Source of the DNA: Callorhinchus milii
Taxonomy: Eukaryota
Reading direction: 5' to 3'
Assembly: GCF_018977255.1 (NCBI RefSeq)
Contig: NW_024705400.1
Coordinates: forward strand, 1-48,135
DNA: 48,135 nt
In this document: positions 38,783 to 48,135 of the stretch, piece by piece
Position numbering within the stretch: position 1 is the first letter of the stretch
How the letters are laid out: each line of letters opens with the position of its first letter
Position numbers and translations under genes: made by a program
The notes under the pieces: model-generated
What the model saw: only the letters and a program-made list of their open reading frames with translations
What the model was told of the DNA's origin: nothing
The model's database searches: none

Positions 38783-41700
38783 CGACTGTGAGCACAACTG
38801 CTGCCGCGTTTGGCCCACAAAAAACACAGTCACCGCACTTTCCTGCGAAGCGCTTTGAGGCGTCTCGAAGACCGGATAGGGCGCTGTGTGACGTTGTAAT
38901 GAACGTTGCTGTATTCCAGGTGATGGACAGCGCAATGCCTTTGATTGGGGAACACGAGGAAGAGGACAGACATTTGATAGCGGATTTGGTTGTGATGAAA
39001 ATGAGTCAGATTCTAAGCCGGACGCCCATGCCCTCGCCAGTCAGACCCACCCAGGTGAGTGATACGTGATCAGCCGGGTGGGTGTCTGACACACGCGGTG
39101 ACCCGTCACCGCTGTGAGTCAGGGCTGAGCTCAGTGACTTGAGTTCCTCACGTTGACCCAATTCTCTCGTGTCTCTCTCTCTCTCCAGCCGGCGGGCACC
39201 GATCCCCCCACCCAGGGCCCACCACGACAGAGCCCAGGCCCTCAGCAAAGTCTCGTCCCCCAGCAGCGACCCCCACCTCAAGGTAACAGTGTTATCCCAG
39301 CACTCTGCCCCACCCTGATGTTACAGATGTTAATGGTAGTGGACAAGGCCTTGGAGAGGGGGCGGAGGAGATTTGCCAGGGTGGTACCAGGGATGAGGGA
39401 CTTCAGTGATGGGGAGAGACTCGACTGGAGAGACTGGGACTGTCCTCCTTACAGCAGAAAAGGTTGAGCGGAGATTTAATAGAAGTTCACAATTATGAGG
39501 GGTTTTGATAAGGGGAGATAGGGGAGAAACTGTTTCCTCCGGTGGGGGTGGGGGGGTGGGGAGTGGGGGGGGGGGGGGTGGGGGGGGGGTTGGACACAGA
39601 TTTAAGGTAATTGTCAAAAGAGCCAGAGGAGAGTCCAGACGTGGAGACTTTTTTTTTACGCAGAGAGTTGTTACGGTCTGGAAGGCACTTGGAGTCAGAG
39701 TGGGGGAGTGGGGACCAGTTGGGGTAAGAGTGGTGGAGTGGGGACTAGTTGGGGTAAGAGCGGGGGGAGTGGGGACCAGTTGGGGTAAGAGTGGGGGAGT
39801 GGGGATGAGTTGGGGTAAGAGTGGGGGAGTGGGGACTAGTTGGGGTAAGAGTGGGGGAGTGGGGACTAGTTGGGGTAAGAGCGGGGGGAGTGGGGACTAG
39901 TTGGGGTAAGAGTGGGGGAGTGGGGATGAGTTGGGGTAAGAGTGGGGGAGTGGGGACTAGTTGGGGTAAGAATGGGGGAGTGGGGACTAGTTGGGGTAAG
40001 AGTGGGGGAGTGGGGACCAGTTGGGGTGAGAGTGGGGACTAGTTGGGGTAAGAGTGGGGGAGTGGGGACCAGTTGGGGTAAGAGTGGGGGAGTGAGGACC
40101 AGTTGGGGTAAGAGTGGGGGAGTGGGGACTAGTTGGGGTAAGAGTGGGGGAGTGGGGACCAGTTGGGGTAAGAGTGGGGGAGTGGGGACCAGTTGGGGTA
40201 AGTGTGGGGGAGTGGGGACCAGTTGGGGTAAGAGTGGGGGAGTGGGGACCAGTTGGGGTAAGAGTGGGGGAGTGGGGACTAGTTGGGGCCGAATGGCCTC
40301 CTCCTGTCCTGTATATTCTGTGATGTTAGTGATGTGTTTGGAGGCCCTGTAGCGAGGACTCGGGTTCGATTCCCGGGCGGAACCGGACGGCGTAACTTTA
40401 CTCGAGTTTCCTCACTCCACACACACGCCTCCGGTTACCGGCATTCAGTAGGAACCTGTGAGTAGGATCACCTTCCCACGTAATAGGGTAATAATCCCTT
40501 CAAAAATTTATTAAAAAATAATTATTTGATGACTCAATCCATGACTGTTGGTGGGACATTGCTGTGCGCAATTGGCCGCTGACAAACACACGGACAGTAA
40601 AGCGCTCTGAACCTCTTTGAGACGTCTCAACGACACGATAAAGCACTATGTCAGTGATCTTTGCTCAGACGTCTCAAAGCGCTTCACAGACTTTACTCTG
40701 AAGTGTAGTGACTGTGTACTCTGTGGGCGAAACTGCGACAGCTCAATGTGCACCGCCGGGTCCTCACAAACAGTCGTGGATTGAGTGACCACACTATTAG
40801 TATTATTTTTAAGGGATTATTACCCCCGAAAAACGATCTACCAATCGGCAACAGAAGCACACGTGTGTGTGTGTGTGTGTGTGTGTGTCTGTGTGTGTGT
40901 CTTTGTGCATCTGTTTTGTGGGTTTGCCTTTTGTCTGTGTGTGTTGTGTGTGTCTGTTCTACCCCTGAGCTACAGGGGGAGTGGGGTGTGAGGGGAGGGG
41001 TCTAACCCCTGAGCTACAGGGGGAGTGGGGTGCGAGGGGAGGGGTCTAACCCCTGAGCTACAGGGGCTGTGGGGTGCGAGGGGAGGGGTCTAACCCCTGA
41101 GCTACAGGGGCTGTGGGTGCGAGGGGAGGGGTCTAACCCCTGAGCTACAGGGGCTGTGGGGTGCGAGGGGAGGGGTCTAACCCCTGAGCTACAGGGGCTG
41201 TGGGGTGCGAGGGGAGGGGTCTAACCCCTGAGCTACAGGGGCTGTGGGGTGCGAGGGGAGGGGTCTAACCCCTGAGCTACAGGGCTGTGGGGTGCGAGGG
41301 GAGGGGTCTAACCCCTGAGCTACAGGGGCTGTGGGGTGCGAGGGGAGGGGTCTAACCCCTGAGCTACAGGGGCTGTGGGGTGCGAGGGGAGGGGTCTAAC
41401 CCCTGAGCTACAGGGGCTGTGGGGTGCGAGGGGAGGGGTCTAACCCCTGAGCTACAGGGGCTGTGGGGTGCGAGGGGAGGGGGTCTAACCCCTGAGCTAC
41501 AGGGGAGTGGGGTGCGAGGGGGAGGGGTCTAACCCCTGAGCTACAGGGGGAGTGGGGTGCGAGGGGAGGGGTCTAACCCCTGAGCTACAGGGGGAGTGGG
41601 GTGCGAGGGGGGAGGGGTCTAACCCCTGAGCTACAGGGGCTGTGGGGTGCGAGGGGGAGGGGTCTAACCCCTGAGCTACAGGGGGAGGTGGGGTGCGAGG

Positions 41701-42737
41701 GGAGGGGTCTAACCCCTGAGCTACGGGGGGAGTGGGGTGCGAGGGGAGGGGTCTAACCCCTGAGCTACAGGGGGAGTGGGGTGCGAGGGGAGGGGTCTAA
41801 CCCCTGAGCTACAGGGGGAGTGGGGTGCGAGGGGAGGGGTCTAACCCCTGAGCTACAGGGGGAGTGGGGTGGGGTTATTATTATGATAATAATAATCCTG
41901 GCATTGACCCGGCGCCTGATCACGTCAACCGAGACGTCTCAAAGCGCTTCACGGGATACGCTGTAAAGTGTAATGACTGTATTTTTTGGGGGAGCAATGA
42001 TGTTGATGGTAAAACCTCTCCTTTCTCCCCTCCCCTCAAGGAGGCCCACAGCAACCCCAGAGACAAGCCCCCCCCAGCCACCACCGACCCCCGCCACAAG
42101 GCCAACCCGTGCAGGGCTTGGGACCCCAACCTCCTCCTCAGCAACAGCAGCGACTGCCGAGCCCCTCCACCCAACAGCCGCCCGTCCAGCGCCAGATGAG
42201 CCCCGTGGGCCAAGGTCAACCTCAGCGCCCGATCAGCCAAGGCCCTCAACAGCCTCGGCCTTCTCCATCCCCGCAGCTGCAGAGGAACCCAGGGAGCGGA
42301 GGCCATCAGTCCCCTCAGCGACAGGCCTCCCCTCAACACCAGAGGCCAATGGGGGCAGGAGGGCCCCAGCCCAAGCCCACCCCAACCGGCCAGCCCTCCT
42401 CCCACAGGCCGTCCGCAGCCGGGAGCCAACCCCAACCCCAGCACGGCAGGCAGACAGCTCCGGCCGGCCAGCCAGCCCAGCCCAGGCAACCGGGGGGCCA
42501 GCCGGGCCCCGGGGGACGTCACTCCGGGTCCCAGAGCCAGCAGAGGGGCCCTCCGCAGCCACACCAGCCCCCACAGCCCTCCCAGCAGGCCAGGCAGGCA
42601 GCACCCACCACCCAACAGCCCCGAGGGATGGGGCAAGGCCAACAAGGGCAACCGCTGACCAGGGCACCCGCCCAACAGGCGCCCGCTCAACACAAGCCGT
42701 CACAGCAAGATCCCATCGGCCCTCACCCTCAGATGAA
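15553..42737 (+). CDS. syn1: Synapsin I, partial (exons 6-12 by mammalian numbering: C domain second half and Pro/Gln-rich D domain)
   Basis: GT-AG exons 15553-15615, 30768-30910, 37115-37189, 38375-38477, 38920-39054, 39189-39282, 42041-42737 splice in frame: [119 protein letters not shown]... The D-domain motifs QRLPSP, PTTQQPR, KPSQ and HPQ identify SYN1. Confidence 0.95.
15625..15974. repeat. CA/CT compound microsatellite
   Basis: Direct reading; a similar tract at 30430-30760. Confidence 0.85.
15975..17061 (-). repeat. 1.1-kb inverted duplicate of 28589-29668 (mostly CR1 ORF2)
   Basis: ORF 16399..16875(-) mirrors 28775..(+); the unique flank is also shared; several SNPs and indels. Confidence 0.92.
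17062..17086. other. Assembly gap (25 N)
   Basis: Run of 25 n. Confidence 1.
17087..21191 (-). CDS. timp1-like: Inverted near-identical duplicate of TIMP-B (exons 1-4 + exon 5 start, ending at the N gap); probably the second haplotype
   Basis: Exons 21191-21077, 20443-20370, 19522-19405, 18517-18393, 17101-17087; the ORF track mirrors that of 7696-14565. Confidence 0.7.
17087..23968 (-). repeat. 6.9-kb inverted duplicate of 7696-14565
   Basis: Mirror-image ORFs. Differences seen: a 13-nt insertion at 22177-22189, a 1-nt microsatellite indel and a few SNPs. Confidence 0.97.
23968..24099 (+). CDS. timp1-like: Displaced 3' part of TIMP-B exon 5
   Basis: [43 protein letters not shown]. Joined to IIPCY (14551-14565) it restores C-x4-C spacing and a total of 12 Cys. 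AATAAA at 24270-24275. Confidence 0.85.
   Translation, partial: SKPCKPSRHWETQCIWELENSRSGQRYDYRACLKTSSGTCKWD
25146..25453 (-). mobile_element. Same SINE family, near full-length
   Basis: Head and tail match; many older and partial copies occur throughout the window. Confidence 0.88.
26820..27270 (+). mobile_element. L2 3' fragment
   Basis: Similar to the reverse complement of 2690-3150; similar fragments at ~5100-5380, 10095-10350 and 32230-32630. Confidence 0.65.
27890..28583 (+). repeat. G-rich ~20-bp minisatellite GTGGCAGAGGGA(G)n
   Basis: Direct reading. Confidence 0.95.
28710..30270 (+). mobile_element. CR1-clade LINE, degenerate, with internal deletion
   Basis: [16 protein letters not shown] endonuclease end, [17 protein letters not shown]; 3'UTR GATGGGCCGAATGGCCT. 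Confidence 0.9.
30768..30910 (+). CDS. syn1: syn1 exon 7
   Basis: 143 nt, [48 protein letters not shown]. Confidence 0.97.
31857..32210. mobile_element. Unclassified ~350-400 bp dispersed repeat
   Basis: CAGCCGGGTGTCTGACAC..(CT)n..GAGAGCCAAGGCTT core; copies at ~435-1090 (split by a SINE), 4500-4690, 13278-13600, 33210-33450, 37279-37600, 39071-39115 and 44380-44570. Confidence 0.7.
36161..37098 (-). repeat. Same minisatellite family in opposite orientation, with a homogenised 24-bp variant sub-array at 36161-36465
   Basis: Units GCGACTGAGCCAGGCTGA(CA)n and GCGACTGAGCCAGGGGGACACCCA. Confidence 0.95.
37115..37189 (+). CDS. syn1: syn1 exon 8
   Basis: 75 nt, [25 protein letters not shown]. 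Confidence 0.96.
37602..38350 (+). repeat. ~54-59 bp minisatellite, ~13 copies
   Basis: Unit CTCTAACCCTGACCTGGGAGTGTGGACGCACAGTGTAGAGGAGCGTTACTGTGT. Confidence 0.95.
38375..38477 (+). CDS. syn1: syn1 exon 9
   Basis: 103 nt, [34 protein letters not shown]. Confidence 0.96.
38920..39054 (+). CDS. syn1: syn1 exon 10
   Basis: 135 nt, [45 protein letters not shown]. Confidence 0.94.
39189..39282 (+). CDS. syn1: syn1 exon 11
   Basis: 94 nt, [32 protein letters not shown]. Confidence 0.9.
39310..40325 (+). mobile_element. CR1 3' end with an internal minisatellite expansion
   Basis: [32 protein letters not shown], then the array, then GGCCGAATGGCCTCCT. Confidence 0.8.
39695..40287 (+). repeat. 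30-bp G-rich minisatellite derived from the CR1 3'UTR
   Basis: Unit GGGGTAAGAGTGGGGGAGTGGGGACTAGTT; compare the single copy at 338-368. Confidence 0.93.
40958..41870 (-). repeat. ~44-bp minisatellite (~20 copies) derived from the SINE 5' end
   Basis: Unit CTAACCCCTGAGCTACAGGGGCTGTGGGGTGCGAGGGGAGGGGT. Confidence 0.95.
42041..42737 (+). CDS. syn1: syn1 exon 12 (D domain)
   Basis: 697 nt, Pro/Gln-rich, GGPQQPQRQ...PHPQM(N), phase-2 donor AA|GTGAG. Confidence 0.92.
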
Positions 42738-42742
42738 GTGAG

Positions 42743-43400
42743 TTCCTCTCTCTCTCTCTCTCTCTCGCTCTCCTCTCTGTCACTCTCTCTCTCTCTCTCT
42801 CTCCGTCGCTGTGTCTTTATCTCTCGCTCTCTCTCTCTCTCTGTCGCTCTCTTTGCTTCTCTATCTCTCCCTCTCCTCTCCTCTCTCACCTTCTGTCTCT
42901 GCTTCTCTTCCTCTTTCTCTCTCTCTTTCCCTCTCTGCCTGTCCTTTTATTTTCTCCTTTTCTATCACTCCCTTTCTATCTCTCCCTTTCTCTCCACCTC
43001 TCTCTTTTCCTCCCCTTTCTTCTCTCTGTCTCTTATCTCTCCCCCTCTCTCTCTCCCTCTCGTTCCTCTCTCTCTCGCCTCTCTCTTTCTCTGAGAAAGG
43101 AGAGAAGAGGGACAGAAAGAGAGAGGAGAGAGAAAGAGGGAGGAGAGAGAGGAAGAGAGGGGAAGAAAGTGATAAAAGAGAGCGATGGACCGGGTCTCTC
43201 TTACCTCTTTCTCTTTGTCTCTCCTCTATTTTTCTCTCGCTACCCTCTCTTTCCCTCCTATCTCTTTCTGACCCTCTTATTCTTTTCGTCTCTCCATCAC
43301 TCTCTCTCATTGTCTTTTTCTCTCCCTCTATCTCTCTTTATCTTCTCTCTCCCTCTCTCTCTCTCTTTCTCTCACTCTCTCTCTCTCTCTCTCTCTGTCT
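42743..43400. repeat. CT/GA low-complexity tract
   Basis: Direct reading. Confidence 0.9.
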
Positions 43401-43732
43401 CAGTGTCATTCTATAATATTGTTTGCATTTGCTTCTAACATGAGCTCATTGACCCAACCTCTCTGAGTGATGTACCTCAAAGGGAAGGGACGTGTGTTCG
43501 AGCTGCGGACGGGAAGATGGTGACAGTTCTCTCACACATTTCACGCTGAGATGTGGTACCCACCAGGAAGTTCGCAGGAAGTTCCTGGTACCACCTGTCC
43601 ACGTAGCGAGGGCTCGTGGAGCCCAGTAGCTCAGGGCTTAGAGCCCTCGCCTCGCAAGTGAGAGGACGTGGGTTCAATTCCCGGGCGGTACAGGACAGGG
43701 AGAAATCTTAGGCAAGTCTCCTTACTCCCCAC

Positions 43733-44121
43733 ACGCACATACACCCACAGACAACACACACACACACACACCCACAGGCACACACACACAGACAGACACA
43801 CACACACAGACACAGAGACAGACACAGAGACACACACACAGACACACACACACACAGACAGACAGACACAAACACACACACCCACAGGAACACACACACA
43901 CACACACACAGACAGACACATACGCACAGACACGCGCACACAGACAGACACACACACACACACACCCACAGGCACACACACAGCCACAGGCACACACACA
44001 CACACAGACAGACACACACACAGACACAGAGACAGACACACACACAGACACACACACACACAGACAGACACACACACACCCACACAGACACACACACACA
44101 CACAGACACACACACAGACAG

Positions 44122-44153
<32 letters not shown>

Positions 44154-44208
44154 ACACAGACAGACACACAGACAGACACACACATACGCACAGACAGACA
44201 CACACAGA
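43733..44208. repeat. (CA)n/CAGA microsatellite expanded inside a SINE
   Basis: SINE head at 43617-43730; the body resumes after 44208. Confidence 0.9.
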
Positions 44209-44708
44209 CGCCTGTGTCCCCGGCAGTCAGTGGGAATCGCTTGTCAGTCGATTGGGGGATCACTTTCCGGAGGTAATAATCCCTTCAAAACAACAATAAT
44301 TCGGTCACTTCAACCCACGACTGTTTGGCGACATGTGGGGTGTGGGGATCGAGCCCTCTCTTTCTGTGATGGTCTCTAGTCCCGGTTCCAGAGACGGGAC
44401 GAAATTAGGCGCAGGTTGGCGCGAGCCAAGGCCCCACAGGGTGTGGGGGGGGGCACCAGACTGGGCATTGGGGTAACTGGTGGAGTCTAACCATCTAAAC
44501 CCACATCGCTTGGCCATTGAGAGCTCTATCAGTGAGCTTTCTCACTGCTTGTCCAGCTAGGACCCCCCCCCACAACCGCAGGGACTGAGGTTTCCCCACA
44601 TAACACACAGTCACTACACTTTACAGTGAATCCATACGAAGCGCTTTGAGACGTCTTTCTGACATGAAAGACTATGCGTCAAACTTGAAGGTTTTAGGAT
44701 TCAGATTT

Positions 44709-45600
44709 GTGGAGTCCTGTAGCTCAGGGGTTAGACCCCTCCCCTCACACCCCACAGTCCCTGTAGCTCAGGGGGTTAGACCCCCCCCCTCGCACCCCAC
44801 TCCCCCTATAGCTCAGGGGTTAGACTCCTCCCCTCGCACCCCACTCCCCCTATAGCTCAGGGGTTAGACTCCTCCCCTCGCACCCCACTCCCCTGTAGCT
44901 CAGGGGTTAGACCCCTCCCCTCGCACCCCACTCCCCCTATAGCTCAGGGGTTAGACTCCTCCCCTCGCACCCCACTCCCCCTGTAGCTCAGGGGTTAGAC
45001 CCCTCCCCTCGCACCCCACTCCCCCTGTAGCTCAGGGGGTTAGACCCCCCCCCTCGCACCCCACTCCCCCTGTAGCTCAGGGGTTAGACTCCTCCCCTCG
45101 CACCCCACTCCCCCTATAGCTCAGGGGTTAGACTCCTCCCCTCGCACCCCACTCCCCCTGTAGCTCAGGGGTTAGACCCCTCCCCTCGCACCCCACTCCC
45201 CCTGTAGCTCAGGGGTTAGACTCCTCCCCTCGCACCCCACTCCCCCTATAGCTCAGGGGTTAGACTCCTCCCCTCGCACCCCACAGCCCCTGTAGCTCAG
45301 GGGTTAGACCCCTCCCCTCGCACCCCACAGCTCCTGTAGCTCAGGGGTTAGACCCCTCCCCTCGCACCCCACAGCTCCTGTAGCTCAGGGGTTAGACCCC
45401 TCGCCTCACACCCCACAGTCCCTTTAGCTCAGGGGTTAGACCCCTCCCCTCGCACCCCACAGCCCCTGTAGCTCAGGGGTTAGACCACTCGCCTCACACC
45501 CCACAGTCCCTTTAGCTCAGGGGTTAGACCCCTCGCTTCACAAGCCGGAGACCCGGGCTCGATTCCCGGGACAGGACAGGGCGAAACCTTAGGCAAGTTT
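44709..45600 (+). repeat. Same ~44-bp minisatellite (~19 copies) inside a SINE head, inverted relative to 40958-41870
   Basis: Starts GTGGAGTCCTGTAGCTCAG, repeats, then resumes the SINE B box GCTCGATTCC and GGGCGAAACCTTAGGCAAGTTT. Confidence 0.95.
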
Positions 45601-45622
45601 AGAGATTAGAGGAAAAAGACAA

Positions 45623-48135
45623 GTGGGAAGTGTAGAGCAGGTACAAGCGGACAATTTCCTCAAATGCATGTACCTAAATGGTCGGAGCATAGGGAATAAG
45701 GTTAGTGAACTGCGGGTTCAACTGGCCATAGGGGGTTACGATGTGATGGCAGTAACCGAGACATGGCTCAAGCCAGGACAGGAATGGGAGATAAATATTC
45801 CAGGATATAATGTGTTCAGGAAGGATAGAGAAGGAAGAAAAGGAGGAGGGGTGGCAATATTAGTGAAGGATACAATTATAGCTGTAGAAAGGAACGAGGC
45901 TCTGGAGGGCCCGACAACATGTGGTTAGAGATAAAAAATAAGAAAGGAGTGGTTACACTGATAGGGGTTTATTATAGACCATAATATTATTAGATTTAGA
46001 TTCCTCATGAACAGAGACAAAGTACAGTCACGGGTGAAAATGCTTGACTGGAAAAGGGCTAATTTTGATGGGCTAAAAAGGGACCCAGAGTGGGTGGACT
46101 GGCAAGTAAGACTGGCAGGTAAACCGACTCATGAGCAGTGGGAGATCTTCAAGGATACGATAGCTCAGGGTCCAAACAGATATATTCCCACAAAAGGGAA
46201 ATGTGTCACAACCGAGCCGGCCTGGATGGCCAGGGATATTCTGTCTCGGATGAAAAAGACGGCGGCGTACGACAACTGGAAGACGCAAGACACTGGGGAT
46301 AGCAAAGCGTATTATAGGGAATGCAGGAGTGATCTTAAAAGAGTGATAGAACAGGCTAACAGATCGCGTGAGAAGAGGTTAGCGGGTCACATAAAGGGGA
46401 ATCCTGAAATATTTGACAAGCACATGAAGGAAAAAAGGTTAGTCAAAGGTAGGGTGGGGTCAATCAAAGACGATGACGGCCATCTTGTTGGGGAAACAGA
46501 GGGCACATCGTGGCTGATGCACTGAACGAGTACTTTGCATCTGTCTTCACAACGGAAACGGATGCCCCAAATGCCGTAGTATTGGATGAGAGGGCAGAGG
46601 ACATAGATCAGATTACTGTAGACAGAGAGCAAGTTCTGAAAAGATTGACAGGGCTCAAAATTATAATAATAATAATAATCCTTGCATTTGATATAGCGCT
46701 TTTCATGTCGGGAGGACGTCCCAAAGCGCTTCACAGAATATACTGTAAAGTGAATTGACTGTATATTTGTGGGCGAACGCGGCACCCAATTGCGCACAGC
46801 AATGTCCCACAAACAGTCATAGATTGAAGATGACCAATTTATTATTGTTTTTGGTTTTTGGAGGATTATTATTAGGCTCTGTGTGGAGTAAGGAAACTTC
46901 GGTAATAGGAAAGCTACTGGAGACCATAATCCGGGACGGAATAAATCTCTACTTAGAGGAACACGAGGTAATTAGAGACAGTCAACATGGATTGTTAAGG
47001 GCAAATCTTGCCAACAAATCTAATAGAATTTTTTGAAGAGGTGACTGCGAGGGTTGATGAGGGAAATGCGGTGGACGTTATTTACATGGATTTCAAAAAG
47101 GCTTTTGTCACAGTACCGCATAAGAGATTAATACAAAAATTAGAGGCCCACAGTATTAAGGGGACAGTGGCAGTTTGGATTAGGAACTGACTGAGTGACA
47201 GAAAGCAGAAGGTGGTGGTCAATGGGTGTTTCTCGCAATGGAAGGAGGTGTGCAGCGGTGTCCCCCAGGGATCGGTATTGGGACCACTGCTCTTTCTAAT
47301 ATATATTAATGATCTGGACTTGGGCACAGGGAGCACTACTCCCAAGTTTGCAGATGATACCAAGTTAGGGCAGTAAACAGTGAGGAGGACTGTAACCAAC
47401 TGCAGGCAGACATACACCGAATGGTGGAATGGGCTGACATGTGGCAGATGGACTTCAATGTGTGAGGTGATACACTTAGGGTGGAAAAATGATAGGAGGC
47501 AATATAGACTTGGGAGCTCGATCTTAAGGGGGTGAACGTACAGAGAGATCTGGGTGTTCAAGTAAGCGAATCATTAAAGGTAGCGGGCAGGTAGATAGGG
47601 CAGTAAAAAGGCATTTGGTGTACTGAGCTTTATTAGTAGGGCATAGAGTATAAGAGTAGGGGTTATGGTTAATCTGTACAAAACACTGGTTAGGCCTCAG
47701 CTGGAGTACTGCGTCCAGTTCTGGCACCTTACTTCAGGAAGGACATTAAGGCACTGGAAAGGGTGCAGAGGAGATTCACGAGAATGATACCAGGAATGGG
47801 GAACCTTAGCTATGAGGACAGTGGAGAAGTTAGGACTTTTCCCATTAGAGCAGAGAAGGTTACGGGGACCTGATAGAGGTCTTCAAGATCATGAAAGGTT
47901 TCGACAGGCGAGATAGGGAGAAGCTGTTTCCGCTGCTCGGTGTGTGTTTGACCCGCGGTCACAGTCTTAAGATATCTACCAAAAGAAGCAGAGGGAGGTT
48001 AGAAGAAATGTTTTCACTCAGCGAGTTGTTGGATTTGGAATGATCCGCCCGAAAGGGCAGTGACGTCCGATTCGATAACAGCTTTTAAGAGAGAACTGGA
48101 GAGGTATCGGGGAAGACGGGTTATGGGGAGAAAGC
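45623..48135 (+). mobile_element. CR1-clade LINE ORF2, degenerate, interrupted by a SINE at ~46660-46898
   Basis: EN motif YLNGRSIGNK..AVTETWL; RT motifs [33 protein letters not shown] and FADD; stops and frameshifts. Confidence 0.93.

Noticed and set aside
41920..43416. Overlapping 201-373 aa ORFs in other frames and strands
   Set aside because: Shadows of GC-rich syn1 exon 12 and the CT/GA tract; only the Pro/Gln frame splices with exon 11.
43631..44276. Cys-Val and His-Thr rich ORFs
   Set aside because: Translations of a (CA)n microsatellite.
37602..45535. CRISPR-like or telomere-like arrays (CTAACCC in the units)
   Set aside because: No unique spacers, no cas genes, eukaryotic context. 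CTAACCC occurs once per unit, not as (TTAGGG)n.
45623..48135. Active LINE or domesticated reverse transcriptase
   Set aside because: Multiple stops, frameshifts, deletions and a SINE insertion.
42738..48135. syn1 terminal exon (KSQSLTN, E/F domain)
   Set aside because: No matching sequence found; presumably beyond the window end.

Overview
Repeat-rich vertebrate genomic DNA, probably from a cartilaginous fish (inferred from the tRNA-headed/L2-tailed SINEs and CR1/L2 LINEs). It holds coding exons 6-12 of synapsin I (syn1, + strand, 15553-42737). Exons 1-5 and the last exon lie outside the window. Upstream of syn1 exon 6, at the intron-5 position where TIMP1 is nested in mammals, there is a tandem cluster of highly divergent TIMP-family genes: an intact 216-aa gene (TIMP-A, CDS 2445-6676), two relics of further copies (~7601-7750 and 8193-8372), and a second gene (TIMP-B, 192 aa when reconstructed). 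TIMP-B's last exon is split between 14551-14565 and 23968-24099. As assembled, these TIMPs lie on the SAME strand as synapsin, unlike the canonical antisense nesting. The middle of the window is scrambled around a 25-N gap (17062-17086): 7696-14565 recurs inverted at 17087-23968, and 28589-29668 recurs inverted at 15975-17061. This is most likely a haplotype or gap-filling mis-assembly. The introns carry several minisatellites, two visibly born from a SINE head and a CR1 3'UTR, and two families occur as inverted pairs bracketing synapsin exons.
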